From Deltaproteobacteria bacterium (GTDB lineage Bacteria; Desulfobacterota; Desulfarculia; Adiutricales; Adiutricaceae), in the NCBI GenBank assembly GCA_031281735.1, contig JAITEZ010000075.1:1-57324 (forward strand): a stretch of DNA of 57,324 bases, written 5' to 3'. The translations under genes were made by a program, and so were the position numbers. Position 1 is the first letter of the stretch; each line of letters starts with the position of its first letter. Shown here piece by piece: positions 1 to 18,861 of this stretch. The notes beneath the pieces are model-generated. The model saw nothing but the letters and a program-made list of their open reading frames with translations. It searched no databases and was not told where the DNA came from.

Positions 1-635
1 GGGGGCGCCCCCCCCGGGGCGCCGTTCCGCCCCGGGGGCCCGCCCTCCGGGGCCGCGCCGGTCCCGGACCCCCTCCCTTCCGGGGCCCCGGCCCGGATCC
101 CGGGGCCGGGGCGCCTCGATGCCGCCCCGACCCGGGGATCCCCCGGCCGGATCCTCACCCCCTCACCCGGCCGCCAGGGGCACCCCCCCCGGCGGCCGGG
201 CCCCGCAACGCCCCGGAGGACGGGTGGTCTATCCTCCGGGGAAGAGATCCCGCAACCGCCGCCCGCCGCCCCCCGAGGGGCGGTGACCGAAACGCCCTGA
301 AGACATCCGATTACCAGACCCGCACCTGCCCCGCCCCGCGGGGGGCAGGCGGGATCGACGAGGGAAACTGAAGTTCTCGCCGGGTCATACGGGGGGCGCG
401 CCCGCGCGCCTCGCCGCCCGCGCTTAGCCGCGGCGGCCCCGACCCCCGGCGCCCCTGTGCCGCAAGGCCGCTCGAGCGGCCGCACGGGCCCCCGGCCATG
501 CCAGGGCCGGGGGATCTCACGCCTCCAGACGCCCCCCGGGGGGCGAAAAGGGTCAGGCCGAGCACGTTGGTCGCGGAAACTCAGCCCTTGAACGGTATCG
601 CCTCGCCCGCCGCGCGGGATCTTTCCTCCGGAAAG

Positions 636-663
636 GCCCCTCCGGCGGGTACGGGGCTTTTTT
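636..663 (+). terminator. Intrinsic terminator/attenuator-like hairpin with T6 tail, about 65 nt upstream of rpoB
   Basis: GCCCC (636-640) pairs with GGGGC (653-657), followed directly by TTTTTT (658-663). No recognisable gene lies upstream within positions 1-635. Confidence 0.45.
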
Positions 664-727
664 GCCCTCAGCCCCCCGTGGTCTGAGGGCGCGGGGGGGG
701 TCCCCGATCCCCCCCGGCGGAGGAGAA

Positions 728-5194
<4,467 letters not shown>

Positions 5195-5241
5195 CGCCCG
5201 GCCCCTCACCGGCCCGCCGCCCCGCCCTGGCCCGCGGGCCC

Positions 5242-5264
5242 CCGGGGCGGCCCCCCGGCTTTTT
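5242..5264 (+). terminator. Hairpin plus T5 in the rpoB-rpoC intergenic spacer (possible partial terminator/processing site)
   Basis: CCGGGG (5242-5247) pairs with CCCCGG (5253-5258), followed by C and TTTTT (5260-5264). It lies 48 nt after the rpoB stop and about 37 nt before the rpoC ATG. Confidence 0.3.
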
Positions 5265-5300
5265 CCGGGCCGCCTGCGCGGCCCGGAAAGGAGATGAACA

Positions 5301-9761
<4,461 letters not shown>

Positions 9762-9908
9762 CGCGAGGGGGTGCGGCGGGCCCCCCGCCGCAGCCGTCTC
9801 CCCGGCGGGGGGCGGCGCCCGTCCGCCGGCGCGGGCGCCCCGGCCCCGCGGCCTTCCGGCGGAAGCCCGCGCCGCCGCGCCCAGCGGGGGCGCGCCAGGG
9901 AGGTGCCG

Positions 9909-10211
9909 GTGCCAGAGAAGTCCTGGAAGCCCGCGATAGCCGTGGCCCTGGCGATAGCCCTGGCGGCGGGGGCCTATCTCCTCGGGGCCTGGATGCACAG
10001 GGGCGACTACGTGTGCGTCATGACCTCCGCCGGGACGGTCGTCTGCGGGAGGAGCTCCGGGCCGGTCGGCGCGGCCTCCCCCGGCCAGCCCCCGCTGGTC
10101 CAGCCGCAGTGGCTGAGCTACCAGGAGGGGAGAAGGAAGGTCTCCGAGACAGCGTGCCGGGACGACAAGGACGGCACGCGCGTCTGCCGCACCACCGAGT
10201 ATTACGAGTGA
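9909..10211 (+). CDS. Small membrane-anchored Cys-containing hypothetical protein (start uncertain)
   Basis: In-frame part of ORF 9771..10211. GTG 9909 lies 5 nt after AGGGAGG. One clear TM helix (WKPAIAVALAIALAAGAYLLGAW) precedes a protein-like tail with 4 Cys. The R/P/G-rich sequence upstream of 9909 looks non-coding. Confidence 0.4.
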   Translation: MPEKSWKPAIAVALAIALAAGAYLLGAWMHRGDYVCVMTSAGTVVCGRSSGPVGAASPGQPPLVQPQWLSYQEGRRKVSETACRDDKDGTRVCRTTEYYE

Positions 10212-10427
10212 CCCGCCTTTCCCGGCCCGCCCCCGCCCCGGCCCGCCGTCCCGCGGCCGCACCCGCGGCCGCCGGGAGGGGCCGGGGGGTCCGTCCGGCC
10301 GTGCGCCTTTGCCGCGGGGCCGAACTGAGGTATCATCCTCTCCCGGACGGCCCCCTTCCCTGGCGGCCACCTATCCGGAGCCATCCTCCCGGCCCTGCCG
10401 CGCGGGGCCGCATGCCATAGAGTTCAT

Positions 10428-12464
10428 ATGCAGAGATTCGCCCATGCCGCCCAGAGCCGCCCTACCGGCGTCCGCCGAGCGGCCGCCCTGGCCCTGGCAG
10501 CCTGCCTGGCCTTCCTGGCCTCCCCCCCCGCGGGCGAGGCCCTGGCACAGGACTACGTGGTCCAGGTGAGCTCGCTGTCCACCCCGGAGGCGGCGCGGGC
10601 CGAGGCCGACCGGCTCCTGGCCCAGGGGGTGCCGAGCTTCCAGAGGACCGAGGACGTCCCCGGCCGGGGGCTCGTCCACCGGGTGTACCTGGGGCCCTTC
10701 GCCTCCCGCGGCGAGGCCCAGGCGGCCGCCGAGGCGCTCAAGGGCGGCGGCGTCATCCGGGATTTCATCCTGCGCACCGAGGGGGGCACCGCGGGGCCGG
10801 CCGCAGCCGGGGCCCCCGCCGCCGCCCCGGCGGCGCCCCCTCCCTCCCCGGCGGCCCCGGTCTACGAGCCTCCCGAGGGGGCGGGCATAAGCCCCGAGAC
10901 CCCGGTTCTCGCCGCCCCGGCGCCGCAGGCGCCCCCCGTGCCCGCCGCCCAGGTGCCCGGCGGGACCTATGGCCCGCCGCCCGTCGTGGGGCCCGGCGGC
11001 GAGAGCTGGGCCCCGCCGCCTCCCGAGGCCCCAGCCGCCGACGGCGGCTGGGGTGCGCCGCCTTCCCCCGGCGCGGCCGCGGGCGGGGAACCCCCCAGGA
11101 ACGTGGCGCCGGGCGAGACCGTCTACTGGACCCAGGGCGGGGGCGGATCCGCCGCCGCCGAGGGCTGGCCGCCTCCCCCGGGCGCGGCCGGGACGCCCGC
11201 CGCCCAGGGGCCCGCCGCCCAGGGGCCTGCCGCCCCCGGCGCCGCCGACGCCTGGGGGCCGCCGCCCGCCCCCGATGCTTGGGGCCCGCCCCCCTCCGCC
11301 CCGGCCGCGCCTCCCGCGGCTCCGGCCCCTGCGGCGCCAGTCCCAGCAGTGCCGGTTCCCGCGGAGCCCCTTCCCGCCGCCCCGGGCCGCGTCTCCGCCG
11401 GGGCCTGGGACGGCAAGGCCAACTCCTTCACGGCGCTTGTGGACCTCTCCTCCAGCACCCTATGGCTCGCCCCCTGCCGGGGCGGCCTCGTCAAGGCGGA
11501 GGCCGAGAGCACGCTCCTGCGCAAGATGAGCCAGAGGCTCCCCGACCGGCCATATGTGGCGGCCCTCCGGGTCTTCGGCTACCAGCAGGCGTGGCGCGAG
11601 GCGGACTACTCCACCCTCTATTACGGCCCCGCCGCCTACGAGCGGCAGGGCTTCGAGCAGGCCGTGGCGCGGCTCACCCCCGCCAACGCCATCTCGCCCT
11701 TCTCGGTGGGCATCCGCGCCACCGCCGAGGAGCTGGCCGCCATGCCCGATCCCAGGGCCGTGCTCATGCTCTCGGACTTCGAGGTCACCTCCAGCCCGGG
11801 CGATCCCCCCCAGGAGAGCGGGAGGCTCAGGGGCCGCTTCGGGGGCGAGACCCGGGTCTACGCCTTTTTCGTCACCAAGGACAGGAAGGCCAAGGCCCTG
11901 GCCGCCAGCATCGCCGCCGCGGGGGGAGGGAAAAGCTACGACGTCTGTGCTATGCTCGAGGACGAGCCCTCCTTCGAGGCCATGATGGACGAGATTTTCG
12001 GCCCCAAGGTGGAGCCCCCCTGCCGGGATTCCGACGGCGACGGGGTCTGCGACGAGCAGGATCAGTGCCCGTACACGCCGCAGGGCGCCCCGGTGGACGG
12101 GAGGGGGTGCTGGATCGCCGCCTACTCGCAGTTCTTCGACTTCGACAAGGCGGTGGTGAAGAGCGCCTTCGTGCCGCGCATCCAGTACGCCGCGGAGATC
12201 ATCAAGGCCAACCCGCAGATAGGCGAGATAGTCATCGCCGGCCACACCGACGCCAAGGGGACCGACGCCTACAACATGGATCTCGGGAGACGCCGGGCCG
12301 AGGCCGTCCGCGAGCTCCTGGTGAAGTCCGGCGCCCCTGCGGAGCGGCTCAGGGTGGAGTCCTTCGGCAAGTCGCGGCCCATCGCCGAGAACACCACCGA
12401 GGAGGGCCGCGCCCAGAACCGGCGCGTGGAGTTCCACGTGGGGGAGGTGCCCCCGGCGAGGTGA
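10428..12464 (+). CDS. Envelope protein: signal peptide, SPOR domain, long P/A/G-rich linker, globular middle domain, thrombospondin-type-3-like Asp/Cys motif, OmpA-like C-terminal peptidoglycan-binding domain
   Basis: N-terminal signal peptide (AALALAACLAFLASPPAGEALA). SPOR-like YVVQVSSLSTPEAARAEADRL...RVYLGPFASRGEAQAAAEAL. Asp/Cys motif DSDGDGVCDEQDQCP. OmpA_C motifs FDFDKAVV, IAGHTDAKGTDAYNMDLGRRRAEAV and NRRVEFHV. Confidence 0.85.
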   Translation: MQRFAHAAQSRPTGVRRAAALALAACLAFLASPPAGEALAQDYVVQVSSLSTPEAARAEADRLLAQGVPSFQRTEDVPGRGLVHRVYLGPFASRGEAQAAAEALKGGGVIRDFILRTEGGTAGPAAAGAPAAAPAAPPPSPAAPVYEPPEGAGISPETPVLAAPAPQAPPVPAAQVPGGTYGPPPVVGPGGESWAPPPPEAPAADGGWGAPPSPGAAAGGEPPRNVAPGETVYWTQGGGGSAAAEGWPPPPGAAGTPAAQGPAAQGPAAPGAADAWGPPPAPDAWGPPPSAPAAPPAAPAPAAPVPAVPVPAEPLPAAPGRVSAGAWDGKANSFTALVDLSSSTLWLAPCRGGLVKAEAESTLLRKMSQRLPDRPYVAALRVFGYQQAWREADYSTLYYGPAAYERQGFEQAVARLTPANAISPFSVGIRATAEELAAMPDPRAVLMLSDFEVTSSPGDPPQESGRLRGRFGGETRVYAFFVTKDRKAKALAASIAAAGGGKSYDVCAMLEDEPSFEAMMDEIFGPKVEPPCRDSDGDGVCDEQDQCPYTPQGAPVDGRGCWIAAYSQFFDFDKAVVKSAFVPRIQYAAEIIKANPQIGEIVIAGHTDAKGTDAYNMDLGRRRAEAVRELLVKSGAPAERLRVESFGKSRPIAENTTEEGRAQNRRVEFHVGEVPPAR

Positions 12465-12548
12465 GACCCGTCCGCCGGGCGGCCCCCGCCCGTCCCGGAG
12501 AGCCGCCCGTGCCGGCCCTTCCCGGGGCCGCCAGCCACCAGGTGCAGC

Positions 12549-12923
12549 ATGATAGGCCCGGTCAACAGGGGCAACATAGCGTCCATCTTCGCGGCGGCGA
12601 CCTTCAAGACGGCGCAGCACGACGAGAGGACCAACGTAACCCAGCTTCTCACCCGGAGCGAGGCCCAGGCCATGGCTCACAACTCCTCCGGGCCCATGCA
12701 GCGCACCACCTACCTCGCCCGCCAGATCCAGCCCGTATCCGTGGGGAGGCACCTGAACGGCCACATCCCCGACCTCACCAAGCAGAGCTACAGCGCCCTG
12801 GCCGACAGCCAGAGCAACTACCACGCCGGCGACTACCTCCCCAAGAACTACAACGCCCTGGGCCAGGTGGCCCAGATAGCGGATCAGGCCTCCGCCGGGG
12901 TGGTCATCAACAGGGTCATCTAG
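12549..12923 (+). CDS. Hypothetical protein (124 aa)
   Basis: The ORF has ordinary, non R/P/G-biased amino-acid composition and visibly lower GC than its neighbours. I recognised no family. Confidence 0.5.
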   Translation: MIGPVNRGNIASIFAAATFKTAQHDERTNVTQLLTRSEAQAMAHNSSGPMQRTTYLARQIQPVSVGRHLNGHIPDLTKQSYSALADSQSNYHAGDYLPKNYNALGQVAQIADQASAGVVINRVI

Positions 12924-13034
12924 GCCGCCCGGGAGGCCGCCCGCCAGGGGGCACGGAACGCCGGCCCCGGCCCCGGCACCCGCCCGCCCCCGCGCCCGGC
13001 CAGGGCGCCGCGGGCCGGCCGCCAGCAGGAGACC

Positions 13035-14168
13035 ATGTCTTTCAACATCGCGGAATTCGCGCGCGACAACAAGGTCATCGTCATCTGGACGGCCTTCGCG
13101 GGCCTGATATACCTGCTCCGTGACCTCTTCGGGCTGGTGTTCATCACCTTCGTCCTGAGCTTCGTCACGCACTCCGTTTGCCGCTTCTTCACCCACGTCC
13201 TCAAGGTCCGGCGCCGGAGGGTGGTGGTCTGCGGCATCTACGCGATGCTCCTCCTGGCCATCGCCACCTTCATCATCATGGGCTTCCCCAAGATCCTCGC
13301 CGAGGCGGGGGAGTTCACCCGCCAGCTCCCGCAGTCCATCGCCAAGGTCGAGCAGAACATCGACGGGTTCATCGAGGCCAACCCCGCCATCGGGCCCTTC
13401 CTGGAGAAGGCCAGGGAAGGCGTGACCCTGGACATCCTGGTGGGCAAGGGCTGGGGCTGGGGACGCTCCATCATCTCCCGCGGCTGGCATTACATCTCCT
13501 GGTTCTTCATCGCCATCATCTTCAGCTTCCTCATAGTCTTCGACCTGCCCGACCTCATCCAGAAGTTCCGGTCCCTCAGGTACACCAGGCTCCACACCGT
13601 CTACGACGAGACGGTCTCCAGCGTCATCCAGTTCGGCAAGGTCGTGGGGGAGAACTTCAAGGCCCAGATCTACATCTCGGCCATCAACACCGCCCTCACC
13701 TTCACGGGGCTCACCATCATCGGGACCGGCATGACGGCGCTCCTCTCGGTGGTGGTCTTCGCCTGCGGCCTCGTCCCGGTCATGGGGGTCTTCATCTCCT
13801 CGGTGCCGGTGATGCTGGTGGCCATCAACGCCGGGGGGCTCGCCATGCTCTCCTACGTCCTGATCCTGATTGTGGTCATACACGCGATCGAGGCCTACAT
13901 CCTGAACCCCCGCATAGTGTCCTCGGTCCACCACATCAACCCCGTCGTGACCCTCATCATCCTCTACATCGCCCACAGCCTCATGGGGATGTGGGGGATG
14001 TTCCTGGGAGTGCCCATATCCGTCTACGTCTACGCCCAGGCGGTGAACAACCGCAACGGCGGCCAGAACCACGGCCAGGGCCGCTCGGCGGCGGCCAGGG
14101 CCGGGGAGGCCCCCGCCCCGGCCCCGGGGGGGGCGGCCGCCCCCCCCGACCCGGCGGGCGGCAGCTAG
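13035..14168 (+). CDS. AI-2E family transporter (PerM/UPF0118-like permease)
   Basis: Multi-TM protein whose layout and C-terminal motifs are typical of UPF0118 (IEAYILNPRIV..., PVVTLIILYIAHSLMGMWGMFLGVP). It has a P/A/G-rich C-terminal tail. Confidence 0.8.
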   Translation: MSFNIAEFARDNKVIVIWTAFAGLIYLLRDLFGLVFITFVLSFVTHSVCRFFTHVLKVRRRRVVVCGIYAMLLLAIATFIIMGFPKILAEAGEFTRQLPQSIAKVEQNIDGFIEANPAIGPFLEKAREGVTLDILVGKGWGWGRSIISRGWHYISWFFIAIIFSFLIVFDLPDLIQKFRSLRYTRLHTVYDETVSSVIQFGKVVGENFKAQIYISAINTALTFTGLTIIGTGMTALLSVVVFACGLVPVMGVFISSVPVMLVAINAGGLAMLSYVLILIVVIHAIEAYILNPRIVSSVHHINPVVTLIILYIAHSLMGMWGMFLGVPISVYVYAQAVNNRNGGQNHGQGRSAAARAGEAPAPAPGGAAAPPDPAGGS

Positions 14169-14242
14169 CCACGCGGGCCGCCCGCGCCGGCGGGGCCGCC
14201 GCCCCGTCTCACCGCCGCCCCGCCTCACCGCATTCCCTAAGG

Positions 14243-14845
14243 ATGGCATGCACCATGCCCCGTCATGAAATGGTAGTACTGCTGGGGGACAGCCTCACCG
14301 AATGGGGGGACTTCTCCGGCCTTTCCGGCCGCGAGAGGCCCTGCGGCGCCGCGGGCCCCGTGAACCACGGCATCGCCGGCGACACCACCTGGGGCATACT
14401 CGCCCGCCTGCACGAGACGACGCTCCTCAAGCCCGGCTGGCTGTTCCTCCAGGCGGGCATAAACGATCTGGCCCAGGGCTCGACCCCGGAGGAAATCGTG
14501 AGCCGCCTCGGGAGGATCTGGGCGAGGGTGGCCACGGACTCCCCCGGCACCCGCATCGGGATCCTGAACCTGCTGCCCCTTTGCCCGAAGAGGCTCCAGT
14601 GGGAAGCGGCGACCGTCAGCAACCCCCTTGTCCGGCGCGTGAACGCCGCCCTCCAGGATGCGGTCTCCCGTGGGCCGGCGATCTTCGTGGATCTCTATTC
14701 GGCCTATGCGGATTCCGAGGGCGATCTGCCGGAACGCTACACCCAGGACGGGCTTCATCTGCTCCCGGACGCCTACGGGCCCTGGACCGGGCTCCTGCTC
14801 CGGATCCTCCGGGAGGAGGGCGAGAGAGGCGGCGCCGCCTCGTGA
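14243..14845 (+). CDS. SGNH/GDSL family hydrolase
   Basis: Contains the four SGNH blocks: VVLLGDSLTEWG, HGIAGDTT, GINDL and DGLHLLPDAY. The start is ambiguous among in-frame ATGs at 14243, 14255 and 14270. Confidence 0.8.
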   Translation: MACTMPRHEMVVLLGDSLTEWGDFSGLSGRERPCGAAGPVNHGIAGDTTWGILARLHETTLLKPGWLFLQAGINDLAQGSTPEEIVSRLGRIWARVATDSPGTRIGILNLLPLCPKRLQWEAATVSNPLVRRVNAALQDAVSRGPAIFVDLYSAYADSEGDLPERYTQDGLHLLPDAYGPWTGLLLRILREEGERGGAAS

Positions 14846-15194
14846 CGGGCCCGTTGCGGCCTCCCTCTGCGGCCGCCCCCCCGGCCCTCGCCTCCGCGCG
14901 GGTCTCCGCCGTCCGCCTTTCCGTCCCCGTGCCTGTCCGTCACGGGCCGGCTCCGGGGCTGCCGGCGAGTGCGCTTTCCGCTTGGGCGCCCCGACCGGGG
15001 GGGCCAGCGAGGGGCGGGGGTCATGGCTCGGGCCCGCCCGTTCCCCCCGGTCGGCGGGAGGGGGTCTCCGGGAGAGGGTGCCCTCCCGGCTTGAGGGGGG
15101 GCGGGTCTGGAGGGAGGGGGCGCCGGCCCTGGCCGATGGACCGGCATGGATCGGCATCGGCAGGGATGCTGATCCTGTTGATGTTTATCTGCAG

Positions 15195-15289
15195 AAAAGA
15201 AAATTATTTTTTAATTTAATATTTATATATATGTAATATAATATATTAAATATATATAATATTTTAAATATATATAAAATAATTATATA
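15195..15289. other. A/T island 1 (about 95 nt, two G and no C)
   Basis: Read directly from the sequence. Bounded on the left by CTGCAGA (15189-15195). Lies between the SGNH hydrolase gene and the DUF3798-like gene. Confidence 0.95.
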
Positions 15290-15866
15290 GCCATGCATTC
15301 TCTTGGCGGCATCAAATAACCTTCACTTCCCCGGGCGGACGCATCGCTCAGGCATCCTGGACGGGTGAGGGCGCCCGGCCCGGATGTCCCTCCGCTTCAC
15401 TGACAGGCCGCTAGGACGGCGGGCCTGAAGGAAAGGATCCGTCCGCGCGATCGGTGGCGGCGTTGCGCGGGCGGTGCCGCCCGAATCACCCGCGCGGGCG
15501 GCCGTCCCCGCCCCGGGTCAAGCGTGGCGGGGATCCGGGTTCTGAGCGGGAGGGCGGGCGCCTGGCCAAGGGGCGGCGCCGCGCCCGGGGCGGGGCATCC
15601 AGGTGGTAAAAGCCGCGCGGATGCTATAAAATGAAAGCTCCGGAACCGTGGCGTCCACCGCCCTACCGACCGGACGACCGTCTCGGGCCGCCCGGCGGCC
15701 CAATCTTTGCCATGACCGGCCGCGCCGGAGGCCGTCCGGAAGCCCCCTTGCCCGCCGCGCGGGCCGGGGGCCCCGCCCGGCGGCCGGGCCGGCCCCGCCG
15801 GGATCGTTGCGGCCCGGCGCCCGCCTTCTCTCCCATCGAGCTTTTTCCCTTCTATCGGGCCTTTCC

Positions 15867-18449
15867 ATGGAACCCAAGCCACGCACCTTCTCGCGGCTGC
15901 ATCTCGTCCTCGCGGTCGTCCTGGCCGTCTTCGCGGTCTCCCTGTGCGCATACCTCCTGACCGGCCGGCCCGATCCCGGCACCACGCCGCCGCCCGAGAT
16001 CATCCTGCGGGATCCCTCCTCCAGCGTGGTGGTCCTGGCCCTGGGGCCGCCCGACCTTTTCCCCGAGGAGTGGCGGGCGGCCGAGAGGCTCGCCGGGATC
16101 TACGGGTACTCCCGCGAGGGCGGGAGCATCCGCGTGGTGGAGATCCCCCCGGACTTCGAGGACGACCCTGAGAGGGCGGCGCGGCTCCTCACCGATCAGG
16201 GAGCCGATCTGGACGTGCGGGCCCTCGTCGTGGCGCCCGCCTTCCGCGGGAGCCTCGGGGCCTTCGCGCGGCTCAAGCTCTCCCGGCCGGACATTCTCCT
16301 GCTGGCCTCGGACAGCCGCGAGGATCCTGGACCCTTCAGCATGTATTCGGATCTCACCGTGAGCCCGGATTTCGTGCTCCGCCCCTTCTTCCTCGCGCTC
16401 TCGGCCAAGGAGCTCGGGGCCACGACCGCCCTGTACGTGGCGACGGAGATGGATCTCCTGAGCCCCGCGGCCGCCCGGATGCGGGCGGTGCTCAAGGCGG
16501 CGTCCGAGGATCTGGGGCTCCGCTTCGTGGAGATCCGGGCCGAGCCCGGCCTGGGCGAGGGCTCCCCGGGGTCTTCCGGGCGCGCCGGGGCCTGGGTGGC
16601 CGAGAGATGCGCGGGCTGGGTGGCCGAATACGGGCCCGAGGTGGCCTTCCACGCGCCCTCGGCGCCGCTCGCCCGGGCCTTGCTCAGGTGCGCCGCGACG
16701 GAGGGCGGCTATTTCCTGGAGGCCCCCCGGCCCTCGCCGTACGCCTCCCTCCCCGAGCTCGCGGGGCTCCCGCCCGGCGCCCCCGAGGCGGAAAGCCTCG
16801 ACTCGCGGGGCTTCACGGAACTCCTCTCCGAGCGGGCCCGGGAACTCCCCTTCCGGGGGCGCCTCGGAGTCTGGCCCGTCTCCTACGGCGCGGACGTGAC
16901 GGAGACCCTGGGAGGCCTCGCCGTCAAGGCCGCGGGGGGCGGGGCCACGGTCTCGGAGCAGGCCTTCGGCGGGACGCTCATGGCGCTCAATCCAGGCGGC
17001 GGCTGGCTGCGCGAGGATCTCCTAGACGCGGTCACCTCCCGGAAGGTCAGGAAGCACGTCCTGGTGTCGGCGGACGTGAGCGTCCTGGGCGGGCAGACCT
17101 TCTCCCACGACGAGCGGGCGGTCCCGGTCAAGTACCGCTCCGTCCATCCGGCCCCCGTCCCCTCCGCCCCCGGCGGCCCCCCCTTCCTGGTGGGCATCCT
17201 CACGGGGGACGGCGCCCAGGGCTCGGACGACCTGCTGGGCGCGCGGGAGTTCGAGCGGCTGTACGGCAAGGACTCCGACGGCGGCATGGTGCGGCTCGCC
17301 GTCTACCAGGGGGACACCTTCGAGGAGCAGATGCGCCGGGGTGTGGAGCTCCTGCTCGAGCTCGCCGCCGACCCCCTCGTCAAGGTCATCGTCGTCAACC
17401 AGGCCCTCCCCGGCACAGCCGAGGGCTTCCGCATGATCAAGGAGTTCCGCCAGGACATCGTCCTGCTGGCCATGGAGGTCCACGAATCCCCCGAGGTCAT
17501 CGCCCCGGCGGCCGATCTCTCCGTGGTCTCCGACTACATCGAGTCGGGCTACCTCATCGTCCGGGCTGCGAAGGAGCTGGGGGCGGAGGGCTTCGTCCAC
17601 ATCTCCTTCCCCAGGCACATGTCCTACGACACGACGCGGCGCCGACACGCCGTCATGCGCGCGGCGGCGGAGGATCTGGGGATCGCCTTCCACGACGAGA
17701 CCGCGCCGGATCCCGAGGAGAAGGGCGTGGGGAGCGAGTCGGCCCGGCGCTACATCGGCGAGGTCTTCCCCTCCTGGCTCGAGAGGTACGGGCGGCGCAC
17801 GGCCTTCTTCTCCACCAACGACGCCCACAACGTGGCCCTCGTGTCGGCCGTGGCCTTCGAGGGCGGGCTTTTCGTGCAGACCGACGTGCCCACCCCCATC
17901 CTGGGCTACCCCCAGGCCTTCGGCCTGGATCTCGGCTCCTACGGGAACCGCTGGGAGGACTTCCTGCGCGACCTCGACCTCAAGGCCCGCGAGGCGGGCG
18001 CCGCGGGCAGGATAGGCACCTGGGCGTACCCCCTGGGGTTCTGCGAGTCGGCGGGCGGGGCCGAGTTCGGCAGGCGGGTCGTCATGGGGGAGGCCCGCCT
18101 CGATGACATCCAGGCCCTCCTGGACTCGTTCTCCGAGTTTTCCCGCGGCGCCGCCTGGAGCGGGCGCTACCTGATCGACGGCTTCACCGGCAAGCCCCTG
18201 CGGAACTTCTTCCTGGTCCAGCAGGACACCTATATCCTCGGCAAGGGCTATCTGGGGCTCACCGAAATTGATGTGCCCGACAAGTACCATGTCCTGGGGA
18301 CCGGCCTCGGCGCCGCGACGGCCGATCTGCCCCTCCCTGACGACGCGGGGGAGCCGGGCGGGGACGCGGATCCCGCCTGGAAGGGCGGGGGGCCCGGAAG
18401 GCCAGGGGGATCGGAGGGTGGGCGGCCTGCCCCTGAAGCCGGGGACTGA
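15867..18449 (+). CDS. Tandem DUF3798 / type-I periplasmic-binding-protein-like protein with N-terminal membrane anchor
   Basis: Start at ATG 15867 (MEPKPRTFSRLHLVLAVVLAVFAVSLCAYLL). The C-terminal half carries motifs I recall as DUF3798 hallmarks (ISFPRHMSYDTTRRRH, APDPEEKGVG, RTAFFSTND). The N-terminal half is a divergent copy of the same fold (LYVATEMDLLSPAAARMRAVL..., EVAFHAPSAPLARALL). Confidence 0.7.
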   Translation: MEPKPRTFSRLHLVLAVVLAVFAVSLCAYLLTGRPDPGTTPPPEIILRDPSSSVVVLALGPPDLFPEEWRAAERLAGIYGYSREGGSIRVVEIPPDFEDDPERAARLLTDQGADLDVRALVVAPAFRGSLGAFARLKLSRPDILLLASDSREDPGPFSMYSDLTVSPDFVLRPFFLALSAKELGATTALYVATEMDLLSPAAARMRAVLKAASEDLGLRFVEIRAEPGLGEGSPGSSGRAGAWVAERCAGWVAEYGPEVAFHAPSAPLARALLRCAATEGGYFLEAPRPSPYASLPELAGLPPGAPEAESLDSRGFTELLSERARELPFRGRLGVWPVSYGADVTETLGGLAVKAAGGGATVSEQAFGGTLMALNPGGGWLREDLLDAVTSRKVRKHVLVSADVSVLGGQTFSHDERAVPVKYRSVHPAPVPSAPGGPPFLVGILTGDGAQGSDDLLGAREFERLYGKDSDGGMVRLAVYQGDTFEEQMRRGVELLLELAADPLVKVIVVNQALPGTAEGFRMIKEFRQDIVLLAMEVHESPEVIAPAADLSVVSDYIESGYLIVRAAKELGAEGFVHISFPRHMSYDTTRRRHAVMRAAAEDLGIAFHDETAPDPEEKGVGSESARRYIGEVFPSWLERYGRRTAFFSTNDAHNVALVSAVAFEGGLFVQTDVPTPILGYPQAFGLDLGSYGNRWEDFLRDLDLKAREAGAAGRIGTWAYPLGFCESAGGAEFGRRVVMGEARLDDIQALLDSFSEFSRGAAWSGRYLIDGFTGKPLRNFFLVQQDTYILGKGYLGLTEIDVPDKYHVLGTGLGAATADLPLPDDAGEPGGDADPAWKGGGPGRPGGSEGGRPAPEAGD

Positions 18450-18861
18450 GGGCTGCGCCCCGGCGCGGGGGGGGGCGGGAAGCGCGGGCGGCCGACTGCG
18501 GCGGGGAAGCCGCGGGCGGTGCGGGCCCCGGCCCCGCCCGCCTTCCGCGCGCCGCGGGGCTGGCGGGCGCGTCCTGGGCGGTGGGGTGTGGCGGGCGGTT
18601 CGAGCGGGTCCGATCACGGTGATGTCTAGCGGGGGGCGCTGGCCTTCCGGTTCCGGCCCGGGGCGGGTTTCCCCGTCCCGGTCGCGCTTTGCGGCGCTGG
18701 GCCCCGCTGGGCCCCCTGCGCCCACAGGCGCCGGGCGCAGTAGCCCGGCGCGGAAGGGTTTTATCCTACAGGTGGCCGGCTTGGCGGCTCTAACTGAACT
18801 ACACGGCAAGATCCGCGGCGGCCGCGCCGTCCCCGGCCTGTTCCGGGGCGCCTTCTCCGCG

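Noticed and set aside
1-299. An open frame 1 from the window edge to TGA at 297-299, encoding P/G/A-rich sequence. It could be the low-complexity C-terminal tail of an upstream gene.
   Set aside because: It cannot be distinguished from non-coding GC-rich DNA without the upstream sequence, and it has no motifs.
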